Positions 1 to 9,854 of a DNA stretch of 64,000 nucleotides are shown piece after piece (positions within the stretch are counted from its first letter, which is position 1; every line of letters begins with the position of its first letter). The stretch covers positions 160,001-224,000 of the forward strand of contig JBBRSP010000002.1 in assembly GCA_038245295.1 (NCBI GenBank). Direction: 5' to 3'. Under the pieces are notes generated by a model that searched no databases, had not been told where the DNA came from, and saw only the letters and a list, made by a program, of their open reading frames with translations. This DNA is from Candidatus Binatia bacterium (GTDB taxonomy: Bacteria > Desulfobacterota > Binatia > HRBIN30). The translations under genes were made by a program, and so were the position numbers.

Positions 1-1135
1 CCTTTGGAAGCGAGCGCCACGCCGCGGCGGCCAGCACTGCCGTCAGGGGAAGGATGGGAAGGATGTAGCGTACTCCCGGGTGGATGGCGGCGTGAACGGC
101 GGTGTAGGCCGTAATGAGCAAGACACAAGCGCCTGCCACGAGGCGGCTCTCGTTCGCGCCGCCCGCGCGCTTCAAGCCCAGGCCCGCCGCAACCAACAAG
201 GCTCCATGCAATACGGCGTACAGCGCCATGCTGAGACGGCTGCGCCCGAGGTACCAGGTCAACACAAGGTTGCGTGCCCATAACCTGAGGGCTGCGGTCG
301 GATGCGCGGAAATCCACTGGTGTGCCAGCGCCCCAGCGGTGCCAACCCGCAGCGCCGCATCGGCATCGGCAGCAATGCCGCGGGCTGCAAGCTCGGCGTC
401 CATCTCGCGTTCGGCATCAATCACAAGATCACCCGACGGTGTTGTCCAACTGACGTGACGCGACACGTAGAGCCCCTGGTACAGTGCTCTTCCTGCCATC
501 GAAGACGCGGCGACACTGCCGTTGGAAGCAAACTGGTAAGCGAGCCATGGCAGCAGCGCCAGCAGGGCCACGACCATCACGCGCGCCGCGGCACGCCCGC
601 TATTGCGCCACGCGATGAGCGGCAGCAGGACGACATGAATCCACGCCACACTCTTGGTCAGCAGTAGCGCACCCCAGCTTAGACCCGCCTGTGTCCAGCG
701 CCGCGCCACGATCACCTCGACCTGCCACAGCAACAAGAAACCATAGGGAACTTCGGTAAACGGGCGCGCCGCGTACAACAGTAGACCTGGGTGCACGGCG
801 CAGAAGAGCGCTGCCGCTATGGCACCTGCCCGTGATGCGAGACGTGACGCCAGGCGGAAGACGATCACACACGACCAGGCGCCGAGCAGCGACTGCATGA
901 CCTGCCACGGCCAATCGGCAGTGCCGAACACGACGCGCAACGAAGCAAGAGCCAGCGGATAGAGAGGCAATCTCTCGACAGATTCCGTACCCGCGTCGAG
1001 ACGAAACCCGTCGCCGTTCACCAGCGACGCGGCGATTTGGTCGTACCCATCGCCAGCGCCCAGGTTCAGTCCGAGATGGGGGTACACAACAGAGAAGAGC
1101 AACCGCATCCCCAGGGCAAAGACAAAGATCACCAT
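1..1135 (-). CDS. ArnT/PMT-like (GT-C) polytopic membrane glycosyltransferase, 3' end runs off window
   Basis: Not in the ORF track; translated by hand from ATG 1135 (alternative GTG 1162): MVIFVFALGMRLLF..GDGYDQIAASLVNGDGF..RLPLYP..PFTEVPY..TK..RYILPILP; many TM segments; open to position 1. Confidence 0.75.
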   Translation of the reverse strand, partial: MVIFVFALGMRLLFSVVYPHLGLNLGAGDGYDQIAASLVNGDGFRLDAGTESVERLPLYPLALASLRVVFGTADWPWQVMQSLLGAWSCVIVFRLASRLASRAGAIAAALFCAVHPGLLLYAARPFTEVPYGFLLLWQVEVIVARRWTQAGLSWGALLLTKSVAWIHVVLLPLIAWRNSGRAAARVMVVALLALLPWLAYQFASNGSVAASSMAGRALYQGLYVSRHVSWTTPSGDLVIDAEREMDAELAARGIAADADAALRVGTAGALAHQWISAHPTAALRLWARNLVLTWYLGRSRLSMALYAVLHGALLVAAGLGLKRAGGANESRLVAGACVLLITAYTAVHAAIHPGVRYILPILPLTAVLAAAAWRSLPK

Positions 1136-1266
1136 GGGGCCGCGTTGCGTCGGATGCTGCACGATGCGCTGGCTATAATGCCGCTACGTGCAATTACGCA
1201 ACGCCTGGGCAGGATCGGTGTGACTTCCCAGGCGTCACCCTTCGCTCAGGCACCCGCACCCTGCGC

Positions 1267-1296
1267 TTGAAGGGAAAACTACTATTGTATTACATT
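1267..1296 (+). promoter_or_regulatory. putative sigma70 promoter with palindromic operator of the BrnT-like TA locus
   Basis: TTGAAG (1267) N18 TACATT (1291), 6 nt before ATG 1303; palindrome TGTA-T-TACA (1286-1294) overlaps the -10. Confidence 0.45.
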
Positions 1297-1302
1297 AGAT
1301 CA

Positions 1303-1569
1303 ATGCGGTTCCAATGGAACACTCGCAAGGCGACGGCCAATCTCAAGAAACACGGGGTGTCGTTCGACGACGCATCGACGGCGTTCGACGATGAGCTGGG
1401 CGCCTACTATCCCGATAGCCTTTACGAGGATCGTTTCATCTTGTTTGGGTACTCCAAAGCCCAGCGACTCCTCTACGTCGTGCATGCCGAAGTGACCCAG
1501 GAGCTGATCCGCATCATCAGCGCACGAAAGGCCACCAGACATGAAAAAGCGCGCTACGAAAACGACTGA
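1303..1569 (+). CDS. BrnT family (DUF497) ribonuclease toxin
   Basis: MRFQWNTRKATANLKKHGVSFDDA...IRIISARKAT signature. Confidence 0.9.
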   Translation: MRFQWNTRKATANLKKHGVSFDDASTAFDDELGAYYPDSLYEDRFILFGYSKAQRLLYVVHAEVTQELIRIISARKATRHEKARYEND

Positions 1570-1876
1570 TCCTTTGGATGGCGAAGTGGACTTCGCCCGT
1601 TTCGGACCGGTGCGGCGCAACGCTTTCGCCGGCGCCGGCGAGCCCGGTGGTCCGTCCCTTCTGGCGCTCTGGGAAATGCCTCAGCTCGCAAGCAGCGCCG
1701 TGTTGCTGCGGCGTGGTCACCCGGGGAAAGGCAAGCAGCGAACAACCCAGGTACGGTCGGTGCGCTTGCCGGAGGCGCTCTGGAACGAGTTGGAGCAAGC
1801 GGCCCGTGCCAAACACCTCAACCTGCACCAGGCGATGCGGGCGGCGCTGCTGGGTTGGATTCGGCGGGCGAGTTGA
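1541..1876 (+). CDS. cognate antitoxin with C-terminal ribbon-helix-helix
   Basis: Overlaps the toxin 3' end; C-terminal VRSVRLPEALWNELEQAARAKHLNLHQAMRAAL is RHH-like. Confidence 0.7.
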   Translation: MKKRATKTTDPLDGEVDFARFGPVRRNAFAGAGEPGGPSLLALWEMPQLASSAVLLRRGHPGKGKQRTTQVRSVRLPEALWNELEQAARAKHLNLHQAMRAALLGWIRRAS

Positions 1877-1898
1877 TCACTCCACAAAACGCGAACAG

Positions 1899-1969
1899 CC
1901 GCAGAGAAGCAGAGGCGCAGAGAAGATCCCATCCGATGGCGGGCACCTCTGCGTTTATGTCCTCTGCGG
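1899..1969. repeat. REP-like inverted repeat (CCGCAGAG..GCAGAG / CTCTGCG..CTCTGCGG)
   Basis: Imperfect inverted arms 1899-1922 and 1946-1969 between convergent genes. Confidence 0.6.
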
Positions 1970-1985
1970 TGAGAACGTAGGTTAG

Positions 1986-4900
1986 TCAGCTCGACGACAG
2001 TGCCTCGAAGTGTGTCACGGCCTCGTCCAGCATCTCGCGCTCCCAGACCTCGAGGCGGATCTGCTGACCAGCATCATCTAGTTCCACGAAGAACAAGAAG
2101 GGCGTTTCGAATGGCCCACCGTCGCGGCTCCCCTGCCAGGCGCACTCGAGGAGAGCCCCGCGTTCGCAGGTGCGCACGTGGTCGACACGGAAGCGCACGT
2201 CCGGCGCCAGTTCCACCAGCTCGATCAAGGTGGGCACCCAGGCGCCGGGGCCGCGCAGCGTTCCCCAGCCGACCAGACGGTTGTTCAGTGCGATCTCACT
2301 TGCCGCCGCCAGCCCTGCCATCGCGTCCCAGTCGCGCGCCGCGAATGCGCGGCGGAACTTCGCCACCCACTCCGAGGCACGCGGGTGGAGCCTCGCCTCG
2401 GCCGCTATTTCATCGAAGCGCGCCCGAGCTTCGTCGAGCTTCTCGGGCTCCCAGACGTCGACGCCCCGGGCGCGGCCGTCCGTGGCCAGCTCGACCACCG
2501 CCACGAGGAGGTTCTCGAACTCGCCGCCTTCACGCGTGCCATGCCACGCGTACTCAAGAAGCGCGCCGCCCTCGCGCGACCGGACGTGATGCACCCGCAT
2601 CTTCGTGTCCGGGGCCAACTCAATCTGAACTTTCATCGTGGCGACGAGAGCGGCCGCACCTTGTAGTGTTCCCCAACTCACCAGACGGTGACTGCGCGAC
2701 ACAAGTTCCGGCGCCATGATCGCGGTCATCGCCTCCCAGTCGCGTGCCGCGAATGCACGCTGATAGTCGGCGATCCACGCCGACGCGAACGGCTGGGCGG
2801 CCGTCTCACCCGCGAACCAGCGCCTCTCAAGCTCGACGTAGGCGGCATCGAGGTCTTCGACGTCGAAGCGTACGGAACCGACGATGAGCCCGCGCTCATC
2901 GACCTCGTTGATGATGACGAAGGCGATCTCGCTCGGGCCAACGTCGGCGTCGCTGAACTCGAAGCACGGATGTGTCAGCACCAAGCGCTCGCCGCGCGTG
3001 GCGAGCAAGCGTGACTTACAGCGGATTGTGCGCCCGTCGGCGACCTCGCGGGTGAACTCGACGTACTGACTTCGATCGAGCTCGAGCTGCACGACGCGCC
3101 GCCGGTCGGACATGCGGAAGTTCTCCGCGAATAGTCGCTCGAAGGTCTGCCAATCGTGAGCGACCATGGAGCCATTGACCGCATTCGCCATCGCGCTCGC
3201 CACGTTGGCGAAATGCACCGGCGGCGCCGCTCCTCGCAGCTCCTCGAAACGGGCGCGCGCCTGTTGGAGTTGCTGCGCGTCCTCATCGTAGATGTCGGCG
3301 CGCCCGACCTGGTTGTGCGCGTCCATCTCAAGGACCGCGTTGATCGCGATCTCGTACGGCCCGCCCTCGCGCGTGCCACTCCAGGTGCCGACGGACCAAA
3401 TTCCGTGAGCCCCGAAGCGAAGATGATCGACCCGGTAAATCGTATCGGGCGCCAGTTCGATCAAGGTGCGGAAGTTTTGCGCCCATGCCTCGGCGCTGCG
3501 CGTCGTCCCGAGCAAAGCAACCGGGCGATGGTCGTACTCGACGAAGGTCGGAGAGCACTGGGCGACCACGGGATCCCAGTCTCGCTTCGCGATTGCCGCG
3601 GCGAAGCCCCGCATCAAGACACCGTGTGCCGGGTAAGACTTACCCTCGCCTGCGTAGTAGCGCGCATCGAGTTCGGCATCGGCGGCGGCCAGATCGTCGG
3701 GGTCGTAGACAACGACCGCCGTGTGATCGCCGTGCTCGTCGACCTCGACGATCACCAACCAGTCGATCTCGCTCGGACCGATGTCGCCGTCCGCGCCGCG
3801 CCAGAGCATGCGGTGGAGCGCTAGGCGTTCACCTCGCGTGGCAAGGAGCTGTTGCAGAACCGGGCCTGACGTCAGCTCGATGATCTGGCGAAAGGAGGTG
3901 AGCCATTGTTTTGCGTCAGACTCCAGCTGCACCATCCGGCGGCGGTCGAAGTGGCGCGCGCCGGAGGCGAACAGGTTGGCGAACCCCACCCAGTCGCGTA
4001 CCCCGAGGGCGGCGGTACCGCGGTCGGCGGTGCGTGTCGCAGCGTTGGCGAAGAGCTGCGGCGGCAGTACCGGCGTCGTCAGCTCGTCGAAGCGCGCCTG
4101 TGCTTCGATGACGCGGTCGACGTCGAAGGTCTCATCGCACGCAACCAGACCGTCAACGCCAAACTTCCACAAGAGAAGGAACGAAGACTCAAAAGCCCCA
4201 CCGCTGGCGCGATCAATCCCAGACGTCGTCCAACGCAACAAAATGGCACCTGGCTCGATCGCGAGTACGTCGTCGACCCGGGTGGTCACGTTGTCGGCGA
4301 GCTCGAGCAGAGATCCGAAGCCGCGCAATAGCGTCTCGGCGCCGCGGCCGGAGGCGAAACCGACGGTGCGGTGGTCGGCAAACGCGAAGCCCGCTGCCAG
4401 CGCCGACGCGTAGCGCTCCATGTTCGGCGGCGCCGCCAGTGCCGCGATCGAACGGGCTATCGCCGCGGCGCGCTCGCGCTCCGCACCCGCCGGCGGACCG
4501 AAGCCTCCCGTGGAGGACCCGGCGGGAAGCAACTCGGCGTAACGCTCATACAAGCGCGCGATCGCGTCGCCGACACGTGTGGTGTCGAAGACCTCGGACC
4601 GCGATGCACGGCCTTGCGCGTCAACCTCGAGCAGGACCGCGGTGTCGATCGAGACGGGCCCGAACGACCCCGATCGAGTCTCGGTCCCTGCGTGGGATGC
4701 CCCGCGCCGAACCAGGGCCAGCGAATCTCCGAAAGACGCCAGGATCTCCTGGCTGACGGCGAAGTTCGTCGCCGCAAACAGGGGACGGAACCCGGCGACG
4801 AGCTGCGCCAGTCCATACACGGAGCCTGTTGGATGGTAGATGACCTCCAACCCCGGAGAGCTCGAGGCCGTCAGGGCATCGAAGTCGCGCGCCGTCATCG

Positions 4901-7900
4901 CGGCGAGGAATTGCTCGGCGTTCCGCGTCGCAGCGTTCGGGCGCACACGACGTTGCGCTGCGCTCGTCCGACCGACGGCTTTGGCGGGAGCACTCGGCAT
5001 CAACACCGGCGTCGGGTGCTGGCCGTCTCGGCGCGCGCGCTCGGCCAGCAAGGTGGCTCCCTTGGCCTCCCACAGCTCGATGGCGCGCCGCTCCTCGGCG
5101 TCCGCTTCGGCGGCGCGGCCGGTGGCGCGCAATGCCGTCGCCAGCGCCAGACGGGCGTCGGCGTGATCGAGCAACGCGTCGGTTGCGGCGGCAATCGCCA
5201 CGGCGGATTGCGCCAGCTCCACCGCAACCTTCGTCTCGCCCCGGCTTGCCAGTGCCTCGGCGCGCACGCCGCGCCAGGCAATGGCCGCCTGCAGGTCATC
5301 GCCGGCGAGCGCCTCGCTTTCCTGGCTCGATCTCTGCGCTTCCGCCACCTTACCCTGAGCCAGCTGTGCTCGTGCCAATAGCGCCCCGGCGCGCGCCGCA
5401 TCGATGCCGAGGCCGAGCTCGCGCAACCCCTCGTACGCGCCTTTCAGTTTACCCTCGGCGGCGAGGGCGTCGCCTTCGAGCAAGTCGATGCGCCCGGCAA
5501 ACACATCGGCCTCGAAGAGCCGGTGCGCGATGCCCAAGTCCTCCACCATCTTGCGCGACGACGCGATCATGCGCCGCGCCGCTTCGGTGCGGCCGCGCAA
5601 CGCTTCGAGTACTCCTTGGCAGCTCAGCGCCACGGCCTCCACGGCCGGCGCACCCTGCGTGATGCGCAGCACGCGCACGACATCGAGACAGCGGCCGCTG
5701 GCGCGGGTCACCGGACTCGGTCCCCACAGAGCCGCCAGCGGCGCACCGGCCAGCACCGCATTGGCCCGGCGTCGATCGCCCGCTTTGCGTGCCGCCGCCA
5801 AGGCCTTGTCGAGCGCCGCTTCCGACGCGCCGACCTTGCCGAGTCGCGCCAGGGCCTGAGCGTGCACCGAATGGGCTTTGGCTTCGCCGGCGTCGTCGCC
5901 CAAATTGGCCAGCTCAGCGGCCGCCGTGGCGACGGCATCGGCCGTGGCTTGCAGCTTTTGTGGCTCGGTCAGCGCCGTGAGCTGGCCCACGAAGCAGGTA
6001 TGCCAGGCGTTGAGGCGGGGGTTCAGCGATCCACGCCCGTCATTCCGGCGAAAGCCGGAATTTCCCGAGCATTCCCGGGTGGTTTCCAGTTGAGGAGATC
6101 CCGGCTTTCGCCGGGATGACGATATGGGACCTTCAGTGGTCGCGGGAGCTGGGAGAAATCTGCCCAGCTCTTCAATCGCGTTTGCCGCAGCCACGACATC
6201 CCCGGCGCTGAGCAATGCTTCGCACCAGTCGAGGGCTAGCTCGGCTCGGTTCGGGTGGTCGGGGTCGAGACGGTCGATGGCTCGGCCGAGTAGGTTTGCG
6301 GCCAGCGGCGTGTCGTCGCGCGCCAGGGCGCGTTTTCCCGCGGCGGCAAGACGCTGTGCGGCGCGTTCGCCAAGAGCCTTGCCGTTGGCGTCGAGGGGGC
6401 CCAATTCGCGGCGCAGCTGGTGCGCCTGCTCGAGGTGCCAGCCGATGGTTTCGTCGTGTTCGGCGGCGTCGCCGACTTGGGCCTCGATCCAATCCGCCAG
6501 ACGTTCGTGCAGCTCGGCGCGCGTGCCCTTGAGCAGGCGGCGATAGGCGGCGTCGCGGATCAGCACGTGATGGAAACGCAGCACCGGCTCGCCGAGAAAC
6601 CAGCCGCTGTCGGGCTCGATCAATTCGCTGCGCCGCAGCAACTCGAGTCGCGCATCGAGGTCGGCGGCATGTTGCGGCAGCAGCGCCGCCACGGCACTAC
6701 GCGAGAAGTGGCGGCCGACCACGGCGGCGCACTCCAACACGCTACGCTCCTCAGGTCTTAGGCGCTCGATGCGCGCCGCCAACAGGGCGTGGATCGTCGG
6801 CGGCATCTCCAAGGCCGCCAACCCGGCGCCGGCTGTCCAACGTTCGCCCTCTTTGGTCAGCGCGCCTTCGCGCACCAGCATGCGCACCAACTCGCCGACG
6901 AACAGCGGATTGCCTTCACTGGTGGCCAGCACCTTGGCAGCGACAGCGGCGGGCAGATCAGCGGCGCCAATCACGCTGGCGGCCAGGCGCATGGCGGCGC
7001 CGGCATCGAGGCCGCCGAGGGTGACGACGTCGGAAACGAAGCCACCCGGCGTCACCAGCGACGAGCGCAGATCACGCAGCTCCGGGCGTGCGCCGATCAG
7101 GACCAACAGCGGTACGCCGCTGCCCCACTGCACCAGATGTTCGACCAGGTCGAGCAACAACGACCCAGCCCAGTGCAGGTCGTCGATGATCAGGATGACC
7201 GGTTTGACGGCGGCAAGTCCGGTGAGCAGGCGGCGGATGACGAAGAAGGTCTCTTCGGTCGACGCCGGCTTGCCGGCGAGCAACGCGCTGATGCCCTTTA
7301 CGATGCGGGCTCGCTCGACCTCATCGCCCGGTGCGGCGGCAGCGAGCGCCGCATTCTGTGTCGGGCTGTCACTGCCGAGGAATTCACGCAGCGCCGCGGC
7401 GATCGGCGCGAACGTGGCGCCGCCGGCGGCGTCGCATTGCGCGGTCAGCACACTCACCGTATTTTCGTGTCGTTCGACAAACTCGTCGATCAGTCGCGAC
7501 TTCCCCAGCCCCGGTGAGCCAAGCAAAACGGCGAGCCGTGCCGCCGGCTTCGCCACGGCGGCGTCGTAGACGGCATTGATGCGCCCCAGCTCCTCGGCAC
7601 GCCCGACGAAAGCGGCGGTCGCGGCGCCCACCGGACGCTTGAGCGACACAACGCGGTAGCCTTTGACGGTCTCGGCGCGCCCCTTGAGCGTCAGGCTGCC
7701 AAGCGGCTCCAGGGTCACCAGTGACGCCACCAGTCGATGCGTCGCCTCGCCGATCACCACCTCACCGTCGCGCGCCTCTTGCTGCAAGCGAGCGGCGACA
7801 TTGACCGGATCACCGACGATGTCGGTGTTGTCGGCACTGACGACAACTTCACCCGTATTGATGCCGACGCGCAGGCCGATCTCACCGACGGCCGCGAGAC

Positions 7901-8429
7901 TCTGGCGCGCCAACTCGCGGAAAGCCTGCTGCATGGCGGCACCGGCGTGTACGGCGCGGCCGGCGTCGTTCTCGGCGACGCGCGGCACGCCGAAAGCGGC
8001 CATGACCCCGTCGCCGAGAAACTTCACGACAGTGCCCTGGTGGGTTTCGACCGCACCGCGCATGGCGCGGTAGTAACTCTCCATGAATGAACGCACCGAC
8101 TCCGGATCGAGCCGTTCGTGCAGCGCCGTCGAGCCGGCGAGATCGGCGAAGATGATACTGACAACTTTACGCGCGCCGGAAAGGCCAGGTTGCGCATTGG
8201 GTGGGGTGGTCGCCGGTGGGGTGTTAGCGATTGGGGGATTGACGTGTCCCGGAGCACCTAGCCCCCGAGAGCCGGGCGCGTTCACTTGAGCACCGCACTC
8301 CAGACAGAACTTCGCCGCCGGTGGCAGCTCAGTGCCGCAACTGGCGCAGCGCGCGCTGAGCGGCGTTCCGCATTCGAGGCAGAACTTGGCGCGCTCCGGG
8401 TTGGCGTTGCCGCACGAGTGGCAGTTCAT
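1986..8429 (-). CDS. giant signalling protein: double zinc ribbon + class III adenylyl cyclase + STAND/AAA ATPase + TPR + seven SnoaL/NTF2-like repeats
   Basis: ATG 8429 (MNCHSCG); four CxxC motifs; FADLAGST, KFLGDG, GDPVNVAARL; Walker A GSPGLGKS, Walker B LIIDDLHW; GNPLF; FHHVLIRDAAY; C-terminal repeats with ..RDW.. starts. Confidence 0.9.
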   Translation of the reverse strand: MNCHSCGNANPERAKFCLECGTPLSARCASCGTELPPAAKFCLECGAQVNAPGSRGLGAPGHVNPPIANTPPATTPPNAQPGLSGARKVVSIIFADLAGSTALHERLDPESVRSFMESYYRAMRGAVETHQGTVVKFLGDGVMAAFGVPRVAENDAGRAVHAGAAMQQAFRELARQSLAAVGEIGLRVGINTGEVVVSADNTDIVGDPVNVAARLQQEARDGEVVIGEATHRLVASLVTLEPLGSLTLKGRAETVKGYRVVSLKRPVGAATAAFVGRAEELGRINAVYDAAVAKPAARLAVLLGSPGLGKSRLIDEFVERHENTVSVLTAQCDAAGGATFAPIAAALREFLGSDSPTQNAALAAAAPGDEVERARIVKGISALLAGKPASTEETFFVIRRLLTGLAAVKPVILIIDDLHWAGSLLLDLVEHLVQWGSGVPLLVLIGARPELRDLRSSLVTPGGFVSDVVTLGGLDAGAAMRLAASVIGAADLPAAVAAKVLATSEGNPLFVGELVRMLVREGALTKEGERWTAGAGLAALEMPPTIHALLAARIERLRPEERSVLECAAVVGRHFSRSAVAALLPQHAADLDARLELLRRSELIEPDSGWFLGEPVLRFHHVLIRDAAYRRLLKGTRAELHERLADWIEAQVGDAAEHDETIGWHLEQAHQLRRELGPLDANGKALGERAAQRLAAAGKRALARDDTPLAANLLGRAIDRLDPDHPNRAELALDWCEALLSAGDVVAAANAIEELGRFLPAPATTEGPISSSRRKPGSPQLETTRECSGNSGFRRNDGRGSLNPRLNAWHTCFVGQLTALTEPQKLQATADAVATAAAELANLGDDAGEAKAHSVHAQALARLGKVGASEAALDKALAAARKAGDRRRANAVLAGAPLAALWGPSPVTRASGRCLDVVRVLRITQGAPAVEAVALSCQGVLEALRGRTEAARRMIASSRKMVEDLGIAHRLFEADVFAGRIDLLEGDALAAEGKLKGAYEGLRELGLGIDAARAGALLARAQLAQGKVAEAQRSSQESEALAGDDLQAAIAWRGVRAEALASRGETKVAVELAQSAVAIAAATDALLDHADARLALATALRATGRAAEADAEERRAIELWEAKGATLLAERARRDGQHPTPVLMPSAPAKAVGRTSAAQRRVRPNAATRNAEQFLAAMTARDFDALTASSSPGLEVIYHPTGSVYGLAQLVAGFRPLFAATNFAVSQEILASFGDSLALVRRGASHAGTETRSGSFGPVSIDTAVLLEVDAQGRASRSEVFDTTRVGDAIARLYERYAELLPAGSSTGGFGPPAGAERERAAAIARSIAALAAPPNMERYASALAAGFAFADHRTVGFASGRGAETLLRGFGSLLELADNVTTRVDDVLAIEPGAILLRWTTSGIDRASGGAFESSFLLLWKFGVDGLVACDETFDVDRVIEAQARFDELTTPVLPPQLFANAATRTADRGTAALGVRDWVGFANLFASGARHFDRRRMVQLESDAKQWLTSFRQIIELTSGPVLQQLLATRGERLALHRMLWRGADGDIGPSEIDWLVIVEVDEHGDHTAVVVYDPDDLAAADAELDARYYAGEGKSYPAHGVLMRGFAAAIAKRDWDPVVAQCSPTFVEYDHRPVALLGTTRSAEAWAQNFRTLIELAPDTIYRVDHLRFGAHGIWSVGTWSGTREGGPYEIAINAVLEMDAHNQVGRADIYDEDAQQLQQARARFEELRGAAPPVHFANVASAMANAVNGSMVAHDWQTFERLFAENFRMSDRRRVVQLELDRSQYVEFTREVADGRTIRCKSRLLATRGERLVLTHPCFEFSDADVGPSEIAFVIINEVDERGLIVGSVRFDVEDLDAAYVELERRWFAGETAAQPFASAWIADYQRAFAARDWEAMTAIMAPELVSRSHRLVSWGTLQGAAALVATMKVQIELAPDTKMRVHHVRSREGGALLEYAWHGTREGGEFENLLVAVVELATDGRARGVDVWEPEKLDEARARFDEIAAEARLHPRASEWVAKFRRAFAARDWDAMAGLAAASEIALNNRLVGWGTLRGPGAWVPTLIELVELAPDVRFRVDHVRTCERGALLECAWQGSRDGGPFETPFLFFVELDDAGQQIRLEVWEREMLDEAVTHFEALSSS
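6038..6121. repeat. REP doublet (CGTCATTCCGGCGAAAGCCGG family) inserted in frame in the cyclase gene
   Basis: 84 bp with 24-bp imperfect inverted ends; same family as the intergenic copies at 38513-38823, 40435-40602 and 50052-50407. Confidence 0.9.
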
Positions 8430-8468
8430 TTGGTGGACGTCTCGTCTCAGCCGAGCGGCCCTTTGAAG

Positions 8469-8553
8469 CACCCTTCGACGAGCTCAGGGTGAGCGGGCGA
8501 AGGCATTCCAAACTCGGGTGGGGATCCGCTCATGCCGAGCCAGTCGAAGCACG
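8469..8553. repeat. REP doublet (CTTCGAC..GCTCAG..TGAGCGG family)
   Basis: cacccttcgacgagctcagggtgagcgg / ccgctcatgccgagccagtcgaagcacg; related doublet at 52070-52165. Confidence 0.75.
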
Positions 8554-8568
8554 GGGTGGGGTTGTTCA

Positions 8569-9820
8569 TCAACCAATTTCTCTCGCCAGCCGCTCCACAT
8601 GAGCGGTGGCACCCATCTCCTGATGCAGGCGTCGTGCCTCGCGCAACGCCTTGTCGCGTCCCACAGCATCGCGACGTTGTCGCGCCAACTCGGCGCGCAA
8701 TTCGTGGCACTCGATCACATGGGTTCTCTTGGCGGCGCGCCCACTCCTCACCTTCGCGCTGCAACTCATCGACTTCCTGTTGCGCAACACCGCGCCGCCA
8801 GGCGTGCTCCAGGATCATGACGCGGGCACGGATGCCCAGCTGGTTGGCGAGGGCCGGGTCTGAAATCTCGTCTGCCAACTCGCGCACCCGCTGCCAGTGC
8901 CGGGTAGCTTCACCCGAGTTCCTTCCGGCGATCCACTCGGCCGCACGCCGGTGCCACAATGCCGCCGGCTGCGCCTCGCCCGCCTCGCTCCAATGGTGCG
9001 CCAACAAGGCGGCCTGTTCGTCGAGGTTGCCGCCGTAGCTCTCGAGCGCCCGCGCCACCGCCGCGTGCAGCGAGTGCCGACGCTCGGCCAGCAGAGAATC
9101 CGCCGCGACGGCCTGCGTGAGCGGATGTTTGAAGCTGTACTCGGCAACCGGATAGACCGACTTCTCGTGCAGGAACTCGCCGCTGCGCAAGCGCGCCAGT
9201 GCTTCGCGGAGGTCGCGTTCGGGAAGCTCGGCAACCGCGGCGAGGAGTGCGTCAGCATCCGCGCCACACGTTCGGCGTGTCCAGACGCGTCCATTTCGGC
9301 GAACAGCCGATGCGCTTCGCGCAACCATTGCTGGCGGCCATCGATATCGGACAGTAGGCCGGCGAGGCCGGCCCGTTCGACGAGGATCTGCGGCTCGTAC
9401 GAGCGAGCGCCCGTGGATTGGACAAGGGCGAGCGCGCGATGGAGCGCGCCTTCGACCCTCTCCACGCCCTTGAGCCCTTCGCTGGCGCGGAGAACCCGCG
9501 CCAGGGCAAGTTGCGCGCGCACTTCGGCGACCAGCAGCTGCGCGCGCACGGCAATTTCGATCGCCTCCATGAGACAGGGTGTTAGGTGTTACGGTGTTAG
9601 CTGTTAGCGGATCCGCGAGTTCCGTAACACCGAACACCCTAACACCGAACACCTTCTCATCCGGCACCTTGACCTCAGCGCCGCACTCGCCGCAAAATTT
9701 CTCGCCGGCATCGTACGGTGTGCCACAAGACGCGCACGCGAGCGCCAATGCCGCACCGCATGCACCGCAAAACTTGCGCCCGGCGCGGTTCTGGTGGCCG
9801 CAGGTGGAGCAGGTGATCAC
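8569..9820 (-). pseudogene. collapsed fragments of zinc-ribbon/cyclase-STAND-TPR paralogs
   Basis: Zinc ribbon (VITCSTCG) in one frame; TPR C-terminus LREAHRLFAEMDASGHAERV in another; STAND fragment YSFKHPLTQAVA; second C-terminus LREARRLHQEMGATAHVERL; no cyclase or Walker A. Confidence 0.8.
9577..9655. repeat. short 7-8 bp tandem repeats in inverted arrangement (GGTGTTAG/GGTGTTAC vs TAACACC/GAACACC)
   Basis: gggtgttaggtgttacggtgttagctgttag...taacaccgaacaccctaacaccgaacacc. Confidence 0.75.
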
Positions 9821-9854
9821 GCGGGGTTCCGGGCTGGATATGTGGCGCGCACCG

